The notes under the pieces: generated by a model | Databases searched by the model: none | Seen by the model: the letters and a program-made list of their open reading frames with translations, nothing else | Told to the model about the DNA's origin: nothing | Assembly: GCA_049724395.1 (NCBI GenBank) | Contig: JAUGWO010000007.1 | Coordinates: 186,001-250,000, forward strand | Origin: Spongospora subterranea f. sp. subterranea | Taxonomy: Eukaryota | Direction: 5' to 3' | Length of the DNA: 64,000 nt | Shown: positions 13,808 to 25,917 of the stretch, in pieces | Layout: every line of letters starts with the position of its first letter | Numbering within the stretch: position 1 is the first letter of the stretch | Translations under genes and position numbers: made by a program

Positions 13808-14744
13808 ATGACAAAAATTGAAAAACCTGAGGGTTTGATGGAATGCATACCCAATGAACTAAGAAGCGAGATCGCTAAGCTGTTGAAAACCCATACGGGG
13901 GAGCTAACGTCTCAAGTTCTGGAAAGACAAGCGAAAACCGAGGGAGCGGTGGCCGCATTGGAGGCGAAACTGCTTGCGATTCGAATTGATCAACGGCAGT
14001 TAGCTGGTGCTCCGGTAGCGATAGTCAGGGGCGATTGGCCACCTGTTGGATTACTGGGTTTGGGGATGACCATGATCACGATCGGGATTGTGAACATGAT
14101 GCCGGCCAATTCCAGATCATTATCGCCGGCGATTTCCACGCTGATGTCCATTGGGGGATTCATACAGGTTCTTTCTAACCTAATTTTTTTTGCGAGACAT
14201 TATTCTTTTCACCGATTTTCAATTAGATCATTACCGGGCTGTTGGAAGCCTACACTTCGATAGCTAGTCAGGATAAAACGAACAGAACCTTCTTCTTTAC
14301 TGTATTTTTGTGCTTCGGGTCTGTCTTCCTTGGTTTAGGTTGAATAGGCAGCAAACAGCTTTCGATGACTGATAATCTGAATACGTATGGTCTACAGGAA
14401 CAATCGGAGCCATGGCTCACTTGCCATTATTCTCGACGTCGGGTTCCTCTAGCATCGCTGCCATATTCGGTATCTGGGGTGTATATTCAGCCATCATGTT
14501 CCTCCCTTGCCTTCGTATATCGCGGGCCCATTCGCTCATGTTCGTTCTCCAAGCCCTGTCGTTCTTCCTGCTGGCCTGGGGCGAGTTTGACACCGCTGCC
14601 GATATTACTGCTGGATTAGCCTGCGTCTTCGCTGGACTGCTTGCGTCCTATATCGGATTCTCCATTCTCTTCAGTCAAGTTTGGAAAGAGGGAATCTTGC
14701 CATTGGGAAGCTACAACGACCACAGATTGCCCTATCAATACTGA
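13808..14744 (+). CDS. GPR1/FUN34/YaaH (SatP/Ato) acetate or monocarboxylate channel family protein
   Basis: GDWPPVGLLGLGMTMITIG (a variant of the NPAPLGL motif), IGGFIQ-IITGLLE, about 6 TM segments, and C-terminal ILPLG. Confidence 0.7.
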
Positions 14745-14866
14745 AAAACAAACCAGAATTCCATCATTCATAAGTTGTCGACAATAAAGTGAAATTTTAA
14801 TATAATCGAATCTTATCGGCGGCGACACAAACTCCTTTGTGACGAGAATGGCAAAAGGACCATCGG

Positions 14867-15667
14867 ATGAGTCGGCTCCCAGTTATAGAACTCAAAACTG
14901 CACATTTCAATGGATATACTCTTCTCGTTGATTGGGATAGGCTCGAAAATTCTGGGGAAAGCGTGAAAGATGGCCATCAGGGCAACTTCAAGAACGTGGC
15001 AAGCAGATTACTCATGCGCTTGGAGAAGCAGCCTCAGAAACACGTGCCCGGTCAAGATTCTATGAAAATGACGTACACAAATAAGAAGTATGAATATATA
15101 CTCGCATCAGCAACGATGATTATTTACCGTTTGTTGTTTGCTTGAAAGGTTTTCGTTCCACATACTGGTAAAGGAAGGAATTCTATTCATGTGCATGACA
15201 CGAGTGCAAACAGGAAGGAGATTACCGTTTGACTTCCTCAATCGCACAGCTACGATATTCTTCGAGAAATTCCCGAAAGCGCATCCGCCCGATTGTTTTC
15301 AGGACTTGTCGACGCTACTGAACAAAGCAATGCAAGAGTTCGCAACGTCTGACGAGATGCTGAAAATCGACAATCTGAACCGGGAGTTGGACGATGTCAC
15401 TGAGAACATGAGGTTAAACATAGAGAGCATAGTCGATCAGGGGGAGCACATCTCTCTGTTGGTCGATAAAACAGAAAACTTGAACATATCGTCGCGGAAA
15501 TTTAAATCACGATCGAGATATGTGAAAATCCGCTCTCAAATTAGCAAATATAGAGATCGTATCCTAATCGTGATATTCTTTTTGGTGAGAGAAAAACGTT
15601 CCACGGCGTGATTTAGCTGACCATTGATTGCACTCAGTTGTCAATATACATTCTGTATATTCAGTGA
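14867..15667 (+). CDS. VAMP7: VAMP7-like longin R-SNARE
   Basis: Longin domain (GNFKNVASRLL, FHILVKEGILFMCM, GRRLPFDFL), R-SNARE-like motif (ELDDVTENMRLNIESIVDQGEHISLLVDKTENL) and a C-terminal TM segment. Confidence 0.8.
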
Positions 15668-15903
15668 GGGAGAGGCTCTGAACGGTCATCCATAAACAAT
15701 GCCGAATATCTACGCGACTAGTACCAAAGTCCATTCTGCCAGAGAGTAGAATGCAATCAAGTTATACGATAACAATCAGGATGACGTTTCCGCTGACAGA
15801 AGCAATAGATCAATTAGAACCGGACACACAACTACAGGAGCTGGCAGGTAGGGAATTGCCGGGCCAGGGGATTGTATTCCACGATATCCTTCGCCTGATT
15901 GGC

Positions 15904-16483
15904 TTAATCACGATAGCGACCAGGAGGAGAGCGAGACCTATGTCGAGGAGGAGATCTGCTATATGAACGGCGGCGATAGTCACGATAACCGCGACGTTCT
16001 TCATAATATCCACCACCACGACGATCGTCATATCCGCCACGTCCTGCACGATCATAACCACGATCATGCCCGCGGTCATAGTCGCGATCCTCATTAAAAT
16101 CGCGGCCGTACCCACCGCCACCGCCTCCTCCACGTTCACGATCCCTTCGCCCGTATTTGGCCTCTTGAACACCGATCTTGTTTCCATGTAGTTCGGAACC
16201 ATCAGCTTCTAATGCAGCATCGGCGGTATCTTTAGATAAGAACCTGACAAACCCGAAGTTTTTGTATCCCGAGTGTGAACTGCGATCCTTTGGAACATAT
16301 ACGTCCCCTACTTCCCCATACGTCTTGAACAGCTCATTGAGGTCTTCCGGCCTATTACATACAAAATGAGAAACTGTCGCTCGCCTTTCACGGAAACCAA
16401 AGGTCATACGTTGTCCCTTCCGCAAGGTTATTAACTAAAACGCTATGGAAGCGAGAGAGGTCAGGGGGCGGTCCCCGAAACAT
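15904..16483 (-). CDS. SRSF2: SR splicing factor, SC35/SRSF2-like
   Basis: MFRGPPPDL...VLVNNL, LFKTYGEVGDVYVPKD, FGFVRF, and an RG/RD/RS-rich tail (RRRSYSRSPPRHRSRSP). Confidence 0.8.
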
Positions 16484-16892
16484 TGATGTGAGAAACGGGG
16501 CAGTGAGACAAACGGGAAGGGCGACGGTCAATGGAGTTAAACACGATTGGGATAATGGGACAAGTTTTAGCAATGGGATTTATTACCGCAGCGGACTTTA
16601 TATCCAACACGACAGTACCGCATATATACACACCCTTACCGCGCATGTGTAATACTGTACACAATGCACTATACAGGTCAAGAAACATAAATCCCGAACC
16701 CAATTGCGGAATCGGAATCAACACCACAATGACGATGGTAGTCTATGGTAGTTGTGACATCCCCTTTTCTGCCTTGCTTGCCCATTTTGCGTCTGGGAAT
16801 AGGTTTCTGATGAAAAAACCAGTTTGCTGTGTTCCGAACTCTTTGAGTTACGCTCTGGTTATACCATAATAGAAGATTAACAACTGCGTTAA

Positions 16893-17672
16893 TCATTCGG
16901 ATCCTGTTTCAATCGCAGATTCTCTGCTAGTTTCCGGAGTCCAACGTGTCGCAATGCGGCATGAAACCAGATGGCATTTCAGGGACCGAACCTTGTCAGA
17001 TTGGAATTGCCGGAAGTCGCCAGTAAGGTAAATTATCATGATATCCTTGGACACATTGTGGGTCATCCTCATGAGGGTATACAGATTGACCCAGGAATCA
17101 CCGCGCTGGTTGTAGGGATCTTCTCTATCCTCACGCTCTACGATGATAACCGAATATCGAGCATGATAATAAGCAGGTCCCTGTACGTAAATTACGAAGT
17201 CGACACCGAACTTGATGCCACTTTTTGGGACCCAACCATTCAGTCTAAGCTTATAATATCCAGCATATTCTGCAGGAAATCTTGGTGAAATGTTGCTAAA
17301 CCTATCCCAGCAGGATTCCTCGTCCAAAAACCGTTTAGATTCTTCATCGAATATTGTTAAACACCTGTATCCTTCCACAGAAAGAAGGTAAAATGCCTCC
17401 ACCAAAAGAAGATAAAAAATTTCGTTGCGTGATGTCTGTCCTGGTCCGGATCTTCTCAAGGAACCTTTTCCAAAAAATCCACTTTTATAAACGGCATCGG
17501 CATCTGCTTCTGATTCGATAATCACGAAGTTACGTCTCAGAACTGAACGGTAAACTGCATTCTGATCAGGAAAAGCTTTGGTCGGGCCATCGTCTGCCTT
17601 TACAGATTTGAATTTCGGTTTGGAACCAGATTTCTTGACTACAATTGGTGTCGGCATATCGGGTTTGTTCAT
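16893..17672 (-). CDS. SEN2: tRNA-splicing endonuclease subunit Sen2
   Basis: GFFGKGSL, LLLVEAFYL, YYKLRLNGWVPKSGIKFGVDFVIYVQGPAYYHARYSV, and C-terminal RWTP. Confidence 0.88.
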   Translation of the reverse strand: MNKPDMPTPIVVKKSGSKPKFKSVKADDGPTKAFPDQNAVYRSVLRRNFVIIESEADADAVYKSGFFGKGSLRRSGPGQTSRNEIFYLLLVEAFYLLSVEGYRCLTIFDEESKRFLDEESCWDRFSNISPRFPAEYAGYYKLRLNGWVPKSGIKFGVDFVIYVQGPAYYHARYSVIIVEREDREDPYNQRGDSWVNLYTLMRMTHNVSKDIMIIYLTGDFRQFQSDKVRSLKCHLVSCRIATRWTPETSRESAIETGSE

Positions 17673-17766
17673 TTGTCACTCGACCAGCCTAGTCCGTGCG
17701 GACTCCGTGATCATTCCAGATTGGGGTTGTCGCGTAACCCAAGGTCATCCCCTGCTTCCTGTAATC

Positions 17767-18294
17767 ATGTCGCCTGAATTTTCTGGGTCAGATTGCGATG
17801 ATGCTCCTGAAGAGGTCACAAATGTGTTCGGTAGGCGACAGGCCCAAGAACAGCGTTCGACAGAACGGCAAACAGTTCGGATTGCTCAGGAAGCTAGAAA
17901 GAAAAGGGTTCGGATGCTTGCAGCAAGAATTCACGAATCAGCTGCTGAAAAAAAACTTGCTGCTCTAACAGTTGAGCTTCCGAAAGATGCATTGGAAAAA
18001 ATGTTGGAGGCGGAGAACGATGTTTCTGAAGACCAATGTCCAAGCTGTGAAAACAGTGCCATAACGGCTTTTGGGCGAACCCCAACACATATCAACAAGG
18101 ACGGGTTCACCTTGCAGCTTCTCGCCTCATCAGCAGCACAGGTGCACCGTCAGTCTGAAGCTCTCAACATGTATCGCATGAAGTTAAATCAGCATCCGAG
18201 ATCCCGTGTATGCAAGCCTGGCAAACCCGCTATCAAATTTTCAAGTTTAGGCCAAAAAACAACTGCTGGGAATGGAATTAACAAAATCTGCTAA
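17767..18294 (+). CDS. Hypothetical protein with SDxDDAPEEV motif and basic coiled coil (possibly nucleolar)
   Basis: Intronless ORF from ATG 17767, divergent from SEN2. The DDAPEEV motif resembles some small ribosome-biogenesis proteins (weak). Confidence 0.55.
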   Translation: MSPEFSGSDCDDAPEEVTNVFGRRQAQEQRSTERQTVRIAQEARKKRVRMLAARIHESAAEKKLAALTVELPKDALEKMLEAENDVSEDQCPSCENSAITAFGRTPTHINKDGFTLQLLASSAAQVHRQSEALNMYRMKLNQHPRSRVCKPGKPAIKFSSLGQKTTAGNGINKIC

Positions 18295-18347
18295 TTATAT
18301 ACAAATATTATTAACTCATAATGAAGCCAGATTTATTTGCTTTCCAA

Positions 18348-19922
18348 TTAGACATCCCAGGTAGTAATGTCGTTGTCGTCGAAAATTGCAATATTGGAAA
18401 CGTCTTTGACGACGTCATCTGCAAAAATACATTTTGTTATTGCAACCAGATGAAAATCTTGTCTAGGCTCACCTTCAACTGCTGGGGGTTCTTTTTGTTC
18501 TACAAGCTGCGGAGAATGTTAAGGACATACTATAGACATTTGAAACTCAAATACCTCTTGTTTTGTTTCGTCCGACCCCGGACACAGTGTTGCAGTATAA
18601 TTGAGTACTGTCTATACAAATATGAGAAGATCTGACAAACGAATTCCGTTATGTCATACCCAATCAAAAACATAATCAGCCTCGTAATTCTGCCTGAAAA
18701 ACAGATCTCGCAACAGCCTGCGTAAGTACGCGTAATCCTATACATGAATAAGGTTTATCCAAGGTAAGCATAGGTCATCCTTCAAAGTACCGGTTTGTCA
18801 TCGAATCGCAGAGTGCGGCAGTAGTTCATATAGGTAGAAAATTCAGAAGGAAACCCCCTGCAGAGCACCTCAATGGGCGTCGACATTTTCTTTTCGGAAA
18901 TTTTGTCGTATTTCTCTTTTTTGGTTGTCGCCTGCAAATTAAAACACTTAATCTCTCGAACGAGAATTATCCAGAGAAGAACCTTGAGGCCTTGCCAAGG
19001 AAGTTGTCCTCGGTTAAAATACATTAATAAAAACCCAATGGATTCTAAATCATCTCTACGCGACTGTTCGATCCCAAGATGAGTGTTGATGGATGCATAC
19101 CGCGCCGTCCCGGTCAGCGATTTATGTTCCAGCTGAAGTGAATAAGGGACCTGAACAGTAAAATCAAGTAGCAGTTCTTACATATGGAATATGCTGGTGA
19201 GTTTTTGGATCACGATATTTTTTTGCTAGTCCGAAGTCTATGATGAAGACAGTATTGCAGCGTTTTCCTAACCCTACCAAAAAGTTGTCTGGTTTTATGT
19301 CACGATGAATAAAATTCTTTGCGTGCACATATTCCACACGCTAAATCCATATTAGTACAACAAAAAAGGCAAAGGAAAGCCATATCACCGCAAGAAGCTG
19401 GTCAGCAATCAATAAAACGGTTTTGAGAGAGAATTTGCGGCCGCAAAACGTAAATAGATCCTCAAGAGATGGTCCTAGCAACTCCATAACCATAATGTTG
19501 AAATCGCCTTCTTTTCCAAACCATTTTACGTTTGGAATTCCGACTACATTCATGCACAGTTAATAAACGAGAAAGAGGTCAAATAATGAGGGAGTACCTG
19601 CCCCTTGCAGGATGCGATATAACTTAAACTCATAAGCGAGCTGAGGATGCCTTGTTTTTACAGATTCCTAACACTACTGATCAGTTTCTCTGAAAGCATG
19701 AGACTTGTAAGAGCCGATACAAGTTTGACGCCGAATTCCTCTCCCGTATGTATGTGCGTTCCTGAAACAGCATAAACCATCGTTAAGTTTGACATAAAGA
19801 ATTATCTCACCCAGGTACAGGTCGCCAAAAGACCCGCTGCCGATTTTCCTGCCGAGGCGATATTTGCCACCGACTCGAAGTTCTAACCGAGCCCTTCGAG
19901 CCTTAACCGCGCTGGACGACAT
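18348..19922 (-). CDS. CK1: Casein kinase I
   Basis: [78 protein letters not shown]. The C-terminal exons are inferred. Confidence 0.95.
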
Positions 19923-20357
19923 TACTCGGTGTTGAGGACTGTGAGGTGTCCGATCGCGAGCAATTCGATAATGAACTAAAAAATAAGTGCGTGGTAATGA
20001 GAATTGAAACAGCTTACAAGCAGTTGCAAAGGTGTAGGCAATCAAGCGCGGCCCAAGGTTTATGTCCAGATCAATAAATACAGTTCGGGTTACTCAAAAT
20101 GGATTGATCTGGGGTGGCCGAAAGAATGTGGACTAATCGCCTTAACCTAATTTTCATCACATCCGGTCATTCGTCATTACCAAGTATCATTGTCACTGCT
20201 GTCCGTCCTATTCTTTGCAAGTATGGGGGGACCAGGGTCCCCCCATACAGCTATAGGAACCACCTCTCTGACGTTGAAAGATTGTAGCAGGGTAGCTGTT
20301 GAGACCGCTCCATGTACATACAGAATACCATACGAAGTGAAATAAATGTTGGGTGTA

Positions 20358-21412
20358 TTACAATAATTGGTTTGACATTGCATCATGCCTTCTAATTTCA
20401 GGTGTATTTGGTCCTGTCGGCTTTCTTTTCCGAGTGTTATCTTTACTTGGTGAAGAACTGGTCAACGGATGTTCAAGGATATTCAGAATTAACTGACATA
20501 CGCGCTCGACATACGATGGACTGATGTCTTTATCGTAATCCCTGATTCGGTGCGTTAGACGTGGATGGAGACATATAAACATATCTGCATACGTGTACCA
20601 CAGTGCATCGATATTCAACCTTTCCTCTGAAGGCAATCCCATGTTCATCCAGATAATTGCCATGTGCACGCAGGCGACGGCAATGGTCTCGCTGGAGTCC
20701 ATAAGCGAAGCCGGAGTCTTCAAAGAGTCGTTGATAAAGCGGCTCGATAAATCTAAAAGAATTCTGCCTTGTTCGTTGGTTGAAGCTGCGAATTCGACAA
20801 TTCGGTTGAGGAGGTCATGCGGATGGGAGGGGTATAGATTAAAACGGATGGCTTGAAGAAGCAGGATTTCGATCGATAAAATTCCATTTTGAAAATCTGT
20901 AAACTGTGTTGAACTGCGGTCAGGTTTGACCTTATGTCGATGGTAAAGTACTGCTTTGGCTATTTGCTGAACAGTGCATCGCTGTTCCTCCAGTTTCCCG
21001 GCCAGGCAAATACATGCAGATATCACTTGGTACTATATGGAGAAGTCATTAACTGTTTCCAGTGAACAATGCAATTTGAGCTATAAAGACCTTATTATAT
21101 AGCCTGTCGAAAGGGAAAGACATGTAAAAATGCTGAATCAGCGTCGATGCAGTTGCTAGCGTGGATCGCTTGAGATTAAGCATTTTGGCCACCTGAACAG
21201 GCAGATTAAGTGATATTGAAGAAACCACGCTCCAAATAAAAGTCAGAGACATCAGACATGAATGAGACGCAGTAATGGCGAAGGCGACTTTCCAGATCTG
21301 CAGAAATCCCAATTTTCCGAGACGGTGAATTTTGGATCTGCTCCTTGCTGAACAACGGGCGTCTCCCACTCGTTCGAGCATGCTGCAGGTCGTGCCGTGT
21401 CTCACTCGCCAT
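20358..21412 (-). CDS. Transcriptional cyclin (cyclin T/K/L family)
   Basis: FSKEQIQNSPSRKIGIS, LATASTLIQHFY, ACICLAGKLEE, EILLLQAIRFNL...HPH, FINDSLKT. Confidence 0.85.
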
Positions 21413-21699
21413 CCATTCAGCTTGGGAACGGTAATGGACTAAAGCAGGCCGAGTACAGTCCTATGGATCAAGCCATAAAATGGCAAATTGCCAGTTTGCG
21501 CAAATTTTTAGGGCCGACGGTGCTGCCCGAACGAAACCTCCGGCGACAACGCTTTGCAACACTTTATCAAGAACACAATAGGAAAACTACAGGCGGGTTT
21601 TTGGATTCGAGAGCTGGATTGTCATGAGGTTCCAGGATCATGCGTCTGTCAAATCCTGGCTTATTCTGTTTTATGTGTATTGTACCATGACGTTCATCT

Positions 21700-22240
21700 T
21701 TTGATTGTGGTACAAACCGTTACCTAAGGCCAAGTTATTCGAAGCAGACAATGAAGACGAGATTCCACGATTACCCCATCAGAGAAGCAATAGGCTGCTC
21801 AGTCTACTTAGCCAGGGTATCTTCAACTATCTCCATACTTCTTCAGAATCCAATCTGGGAATCAAAGGATGAGCAGTTAAAATGCTGTGATTCAGACCTT
21901 CGCAAATCTACCAGCGGATGGCTACCTCAATAAAATGACACACAACCGACTTCTTTGTTTGGATCGGGTTCATTCAATACTAAATCCTGTAGCCATATGG
22001 CCTCTTTGACTGCATCTGATGCAGCTATATATTCGGCCTCTGTTGGGGACAGGCCTTGTTTTTGACTTTTCCTTCAACAACAGGTTGCCACCAATTGTGA
22101 ATAACCATTCTATGGTGCGTTTGCGATCGCTTTATCACAAGGATACTTCCGTCTTTCATAATTGCTTAGTTGGTTTTGATAAGTCTGCTGACACGGTTCG
22201 TAGCAGAAGCTCAAATGGTATCACGGGTTAACCTTCAACT
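21700..22240 (+). mobile_element. Highly decayed Ty1/copia RT-RNase H remnant
   Basis: PIREAIGCSVYLA resembles PYREAIGSLMYLA; DSDLRKSTSGW resembles DADWAGD..RKSTSG; VNNHSMVRL..LYHKDT resembles DNQSAI.LA..YH.RT. The frames are broken. Confidence 0.6.
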
Positions 22241-23117
22241 TACGGTTTAATCATGCCTCGAATCGTGTTTTCAAGGTGATGGCATGTGTAGAAAATTGGT
22301 TCAGCGTGTACGTTGCATTGTACCTAATGTGTTACGGTTTATAGTGGGTTCTAGCTTATGAAAATCACAACTGCCGTCGTAGCTTAGTGGCAAAGCGTCC
22401 GCTTCGTAAGCGGAAGATCGGGATTTCGATCATCTCCGACGGCATTATTTTTTCACTTACTTTCAATACTGAAACTGAAACTGGCGGGGCCTTCATCATT
22501 TTTTTGTGTTTTGGCCAGCAAATTTGCCTTTGTTTTGAAAACGATGGAACTTCTGCAATATCACTCCGCGTGCAGCGTTTCCTCAAACTACCCATCTCAA
22601 AGACTTTCCCATGGGTCGCCAGTCAAGTCTCCGATTGTTTTGTTTCCAAGCATTTTCTCGACGGGAATGTGTTTTGAATTTCTACCGTGATGCGAGCAAT
22701 TTAGAATCTGTTAAACCGCTGTTTAAATTTTTTTAAATAAAAAGCATCGGTATTCTAACGAATTGCAATGACCTGACAAATAGTCTTTGTGAGATCTGCT
22801 CGAGTTAATTGTGTGATAAACAGACACGAGAGATTTATTCGGATTCCGGGACACGGCATTTAAGGCTAGGGTTTACATTGGAGTCTCATCTAACAAATTG
22901 TATGATCGCTTGATCAGCAATTCGTTTCTCATCGGCTTTTGTTTGCCTTTCAACGTTGTGAATGCGATCTTTGAATCGTTTCGTTGCGAAGTTAACTGAA
23001 ATGTCATCCAGAGGTGTCATTTATAAAACAATAGATATCAAAATGAATTTATTCAACGGCGTGACTGGTACCTGACGACGTAAGTTACAAGGCATGTCCC
23101 TCAATATTCTCGAGACA

Positions 23118-23860
23118 GTATCGCGATGGAACTAAAGTTGCAGTAGTCTGCGCCAACTTCTACTTAGATGCCATCGACAAACACTTCGCTCCTCAATGAC
23201 ACTACTATCGTTACATCGATGATATTTTCATGATCGTGAACATCGAAGCATACTATTTATTCGGGTCAACATGATTAACTTTATAGAAGGTATTTTGAAT
23301 AGAATAATATACTGTTCCCATCGCGATACCTTTTTTCTGTCTGTAAATGTTTGGACCATAACAGAAGTACTTATTGTTACAGATCAAGCGAAGGATTTTT
23401 ACGTGGATGGGGTTTCTACTGTAGTAGTACTCTGAATGATTTTGGTTAAGCTTCATATTAGTGTAGAGACTAATTGCATCAGCAGTGACTAACACGTGAT
23501 CGTCAGGGATTATGGTGTTTTCCAAACGATCGATGAGTGCTTTCGAATTCTTGATAGTATAGATTGTTGGGTATTTGTTAAGAATTGTCGTCAGGAGGAT
23601 GGGCCATTTGGTAGTTATCCAGGCGGGAGCGCCCATTATGAGTTTGCTTGAAGTCCCAGTTTATGATGTTCTGGGAGAATATGGAATTTAGGTGGTCTGC
23701 CGAGATGGCCGTCTACGAGATACTTGCCCATCTGGTTGTGCTCTTGCTTTGAAATATCTCAAAAACACCTTGGTGTATCATGCAGCATAGTTTCATATTC
23801 GGCTAAAACAATGCCAACCACAGAATCATGCATGCCCTGAACAGCCAACATTTTTCCGGG
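23118..23860. mobile_element. Penelope-like retroelement RT remnant, split into two oppositely oriented pieces
   Basis: Minus strand: PPKFHILPEHHK, VLVTADAISLYTNM, YFCYGPNIYRQKKGIAMGT. Plus strand 23118-23250: IAM(G)TKVAVVCANFYL...YRYIDDIFMI. Confidence 0.8.
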
Positions 23861-24106
23861 AAAAACTTTCCTTTATAAAGCAGTTTGTGCTGCGCAAAAC
23901 GCGTTCCAAATTGTTTTTTACTTTCGCAAAAACATCAATTTGGGTTTCGTGAATTCAAATTAGGTATGAACCCAGTTAGGGTTAGTGGAATTTTAACCAT
24001 CACGAGACGTTGACAATCTGAGTATTCTTTTTCCAAAAGTACAAGGTTCTGTCAAACGTCAAGGACGTAAATGTGTGATTTACATGGCCGAGATGACGGA
24101 GTTCCG

Positions 24107-24542
24107 AGTTCCTCCCTGTAACCCACCTGTGTACAGTTTCCTCCCTATAACCCACCTGTGTACAGTTTCCTCCCTGTAACCCCCCTGTGTACAGTTTCCT
24201 CCCTGTAACCCACCTGTGTACAGTTTCCTCCCTGTAACCCACCTGTGTACAGTTTCCTCCCTGTAACCCACCTGTGTACAGTTTCCTCCATATAACCCAC
24301 CTGTGTACAGTTTCCTCCCTGTAACCCACCTGTGTACAGTTTCCTCCCTATAACCCACCTGTGTACAGTTTCCTCCCTGTAACCCCCTGTGTACAGTTTC
24401 CTCCCTGTAACCCACCTGTGTACAGTTTCCTCCCTGTAACCCACCTGTGTACAGTTTCCTCCCTGTAACCCACCTGTGTACAGTTTCCTCCATATAACCC
24501 ACCTGTGTACAGTTTCCTCCCTGTAACCCACCTGTGTACAGT
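24107..24542. repeat. 29-bp minisatellite, 15 copies
   Basis: Unit ttcctccctgtaacccacctgtgtacagt repeated head to tail with a few variant positions. Confidence 0.98.
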
Positions 24543-24668
24543 ATGTAATAACCTGAGGGTTGACGGCGCCTCCGACAGATCAAAGGTCCGCAGATCCGTT
24601 ACGTTGACTTTTATTCTGCAGGCGTTTCGTGAAATTGCTCTCCACAACCTTTAATAATTTGACGTGCC

Positions 24669-25868
24669 ATGACGATCATAAATGACGATTTCGAAGGGGT
24701 TGTACTTGTACGTCCGGTATTTTTGATGTCCCGGTTGTTGTTGAGTTGACTGGTAGGGTATGGGCAATCCTCTTCTGGACATCACGGCCGATGTGAAACA
24801 GGAGTTTTTGGATAAATACAAGCTGAAACTTAACAACGCGATTCTCGCTGAGGAACCGCATATGCCCATATACAAAGACCTTGTCGACAATTTCGACGTA
24901 GAATATACGGCAGGGGGAGCTACTCAGAACACCATTAGAATCTGTCAGTGGATGCTGCAGAAGCCCAATGCGACGTCATATATTGGCTCTGTTGGTGATG
25001 ACAATTTTGGAGCTGTCTTGAAGAAGAGCGCCAATGATGAAGGAGTAGCAGTTTATTATCATGTTGCCAAGGGTATTCCTACAGGAACCTGTGCCGTTCT
25101 TGTCCAAAGCCATGAGCGAAGCCTTGTCGCCAATCTTGGAGCAGCTAATGCCTACAAGATTGACCATCTCATTTCGGCGGATATCGAACCAGTGTGGAAG
25201 AAAGCGAAGTTTGTCTATATTGCTGGTTTTTTCTTAACGGTTTCTCCACCGTCGATTATGCATCTTGCTGAGCATTGTGCCACTAACAATAAGGTGTTTG
25301 CGATGAACCTTGCGGCTCCTTTTATTGCTGAATTTTTCATGGAGCCGCTATTGAAGGCAATCACATATTGTGATATCGTTATTGGGAATGGTAGGTACTC
25401 ATTCGACGTTCTTTAGTTAAGCATTCAAAGTCATTTTTATAGAAAATGAATCGATGGCTTTTGCCAAAAAAAGCGGTATGGAGGACACTTCCCCCGAAGC
25501 CGTAGCACGTGCAATTGCAGCTTTGCCCAAGTCGTCTCCATCAAAGAAGGATCGCATAGTCATCATTACTCAAGGTATGGAGAATCATCGCACGTCTAAG
25601 ATCACTGTGTCAATCACAGTCTACAGGGCCAAACCCGACCGTTGTGGCCACCTGTGGTAAAACTGACACATACCCAGTTCCTCATATCCCAGATGAGGAA
25701 CTTGTCGACCTTAACGGAGCTGGTGATGCGTTTGTAGGTGGCCTGCTTGCTTATCTTGCTCAAGGCAGAAGCATAGCGGAGGCCGTCAATGCTGGTCATT
25801 ATTCTGCTGGGGTTGTCGCCCGGCGATCTGGTTGTACCGTCTCGGGGAAACCACAATATATCAAATAG
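24669..25868 (+). CDS. ADK: Adenosine kinase (PfkB family)
   Basis: GMGNPLLDI, AGGATQNTIR, PTGTCAVL, RSLVANLGAAN, MNLAAPFI, VDLNGAGDAFVGG. Confidence 0.95.
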
Positions 25869-25917
25869 CTTCGAACTTTCGAGACCGTTCTCAACTCATC
25901 ATTAAAAACATTTGTGT

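Noticed and set aside
23970..23990. ttagggttag as an interstitial telomere
   Set aside because: Fewer than two repeat units, which is expected by chance.
24000..24647. Overlapping repetitive ORFs (GYREETVHRWVTGRKLYTGG...)
   Set aside because: These are translations of a 29-bp non-triplet tandem repeat with no independent coding evidence.
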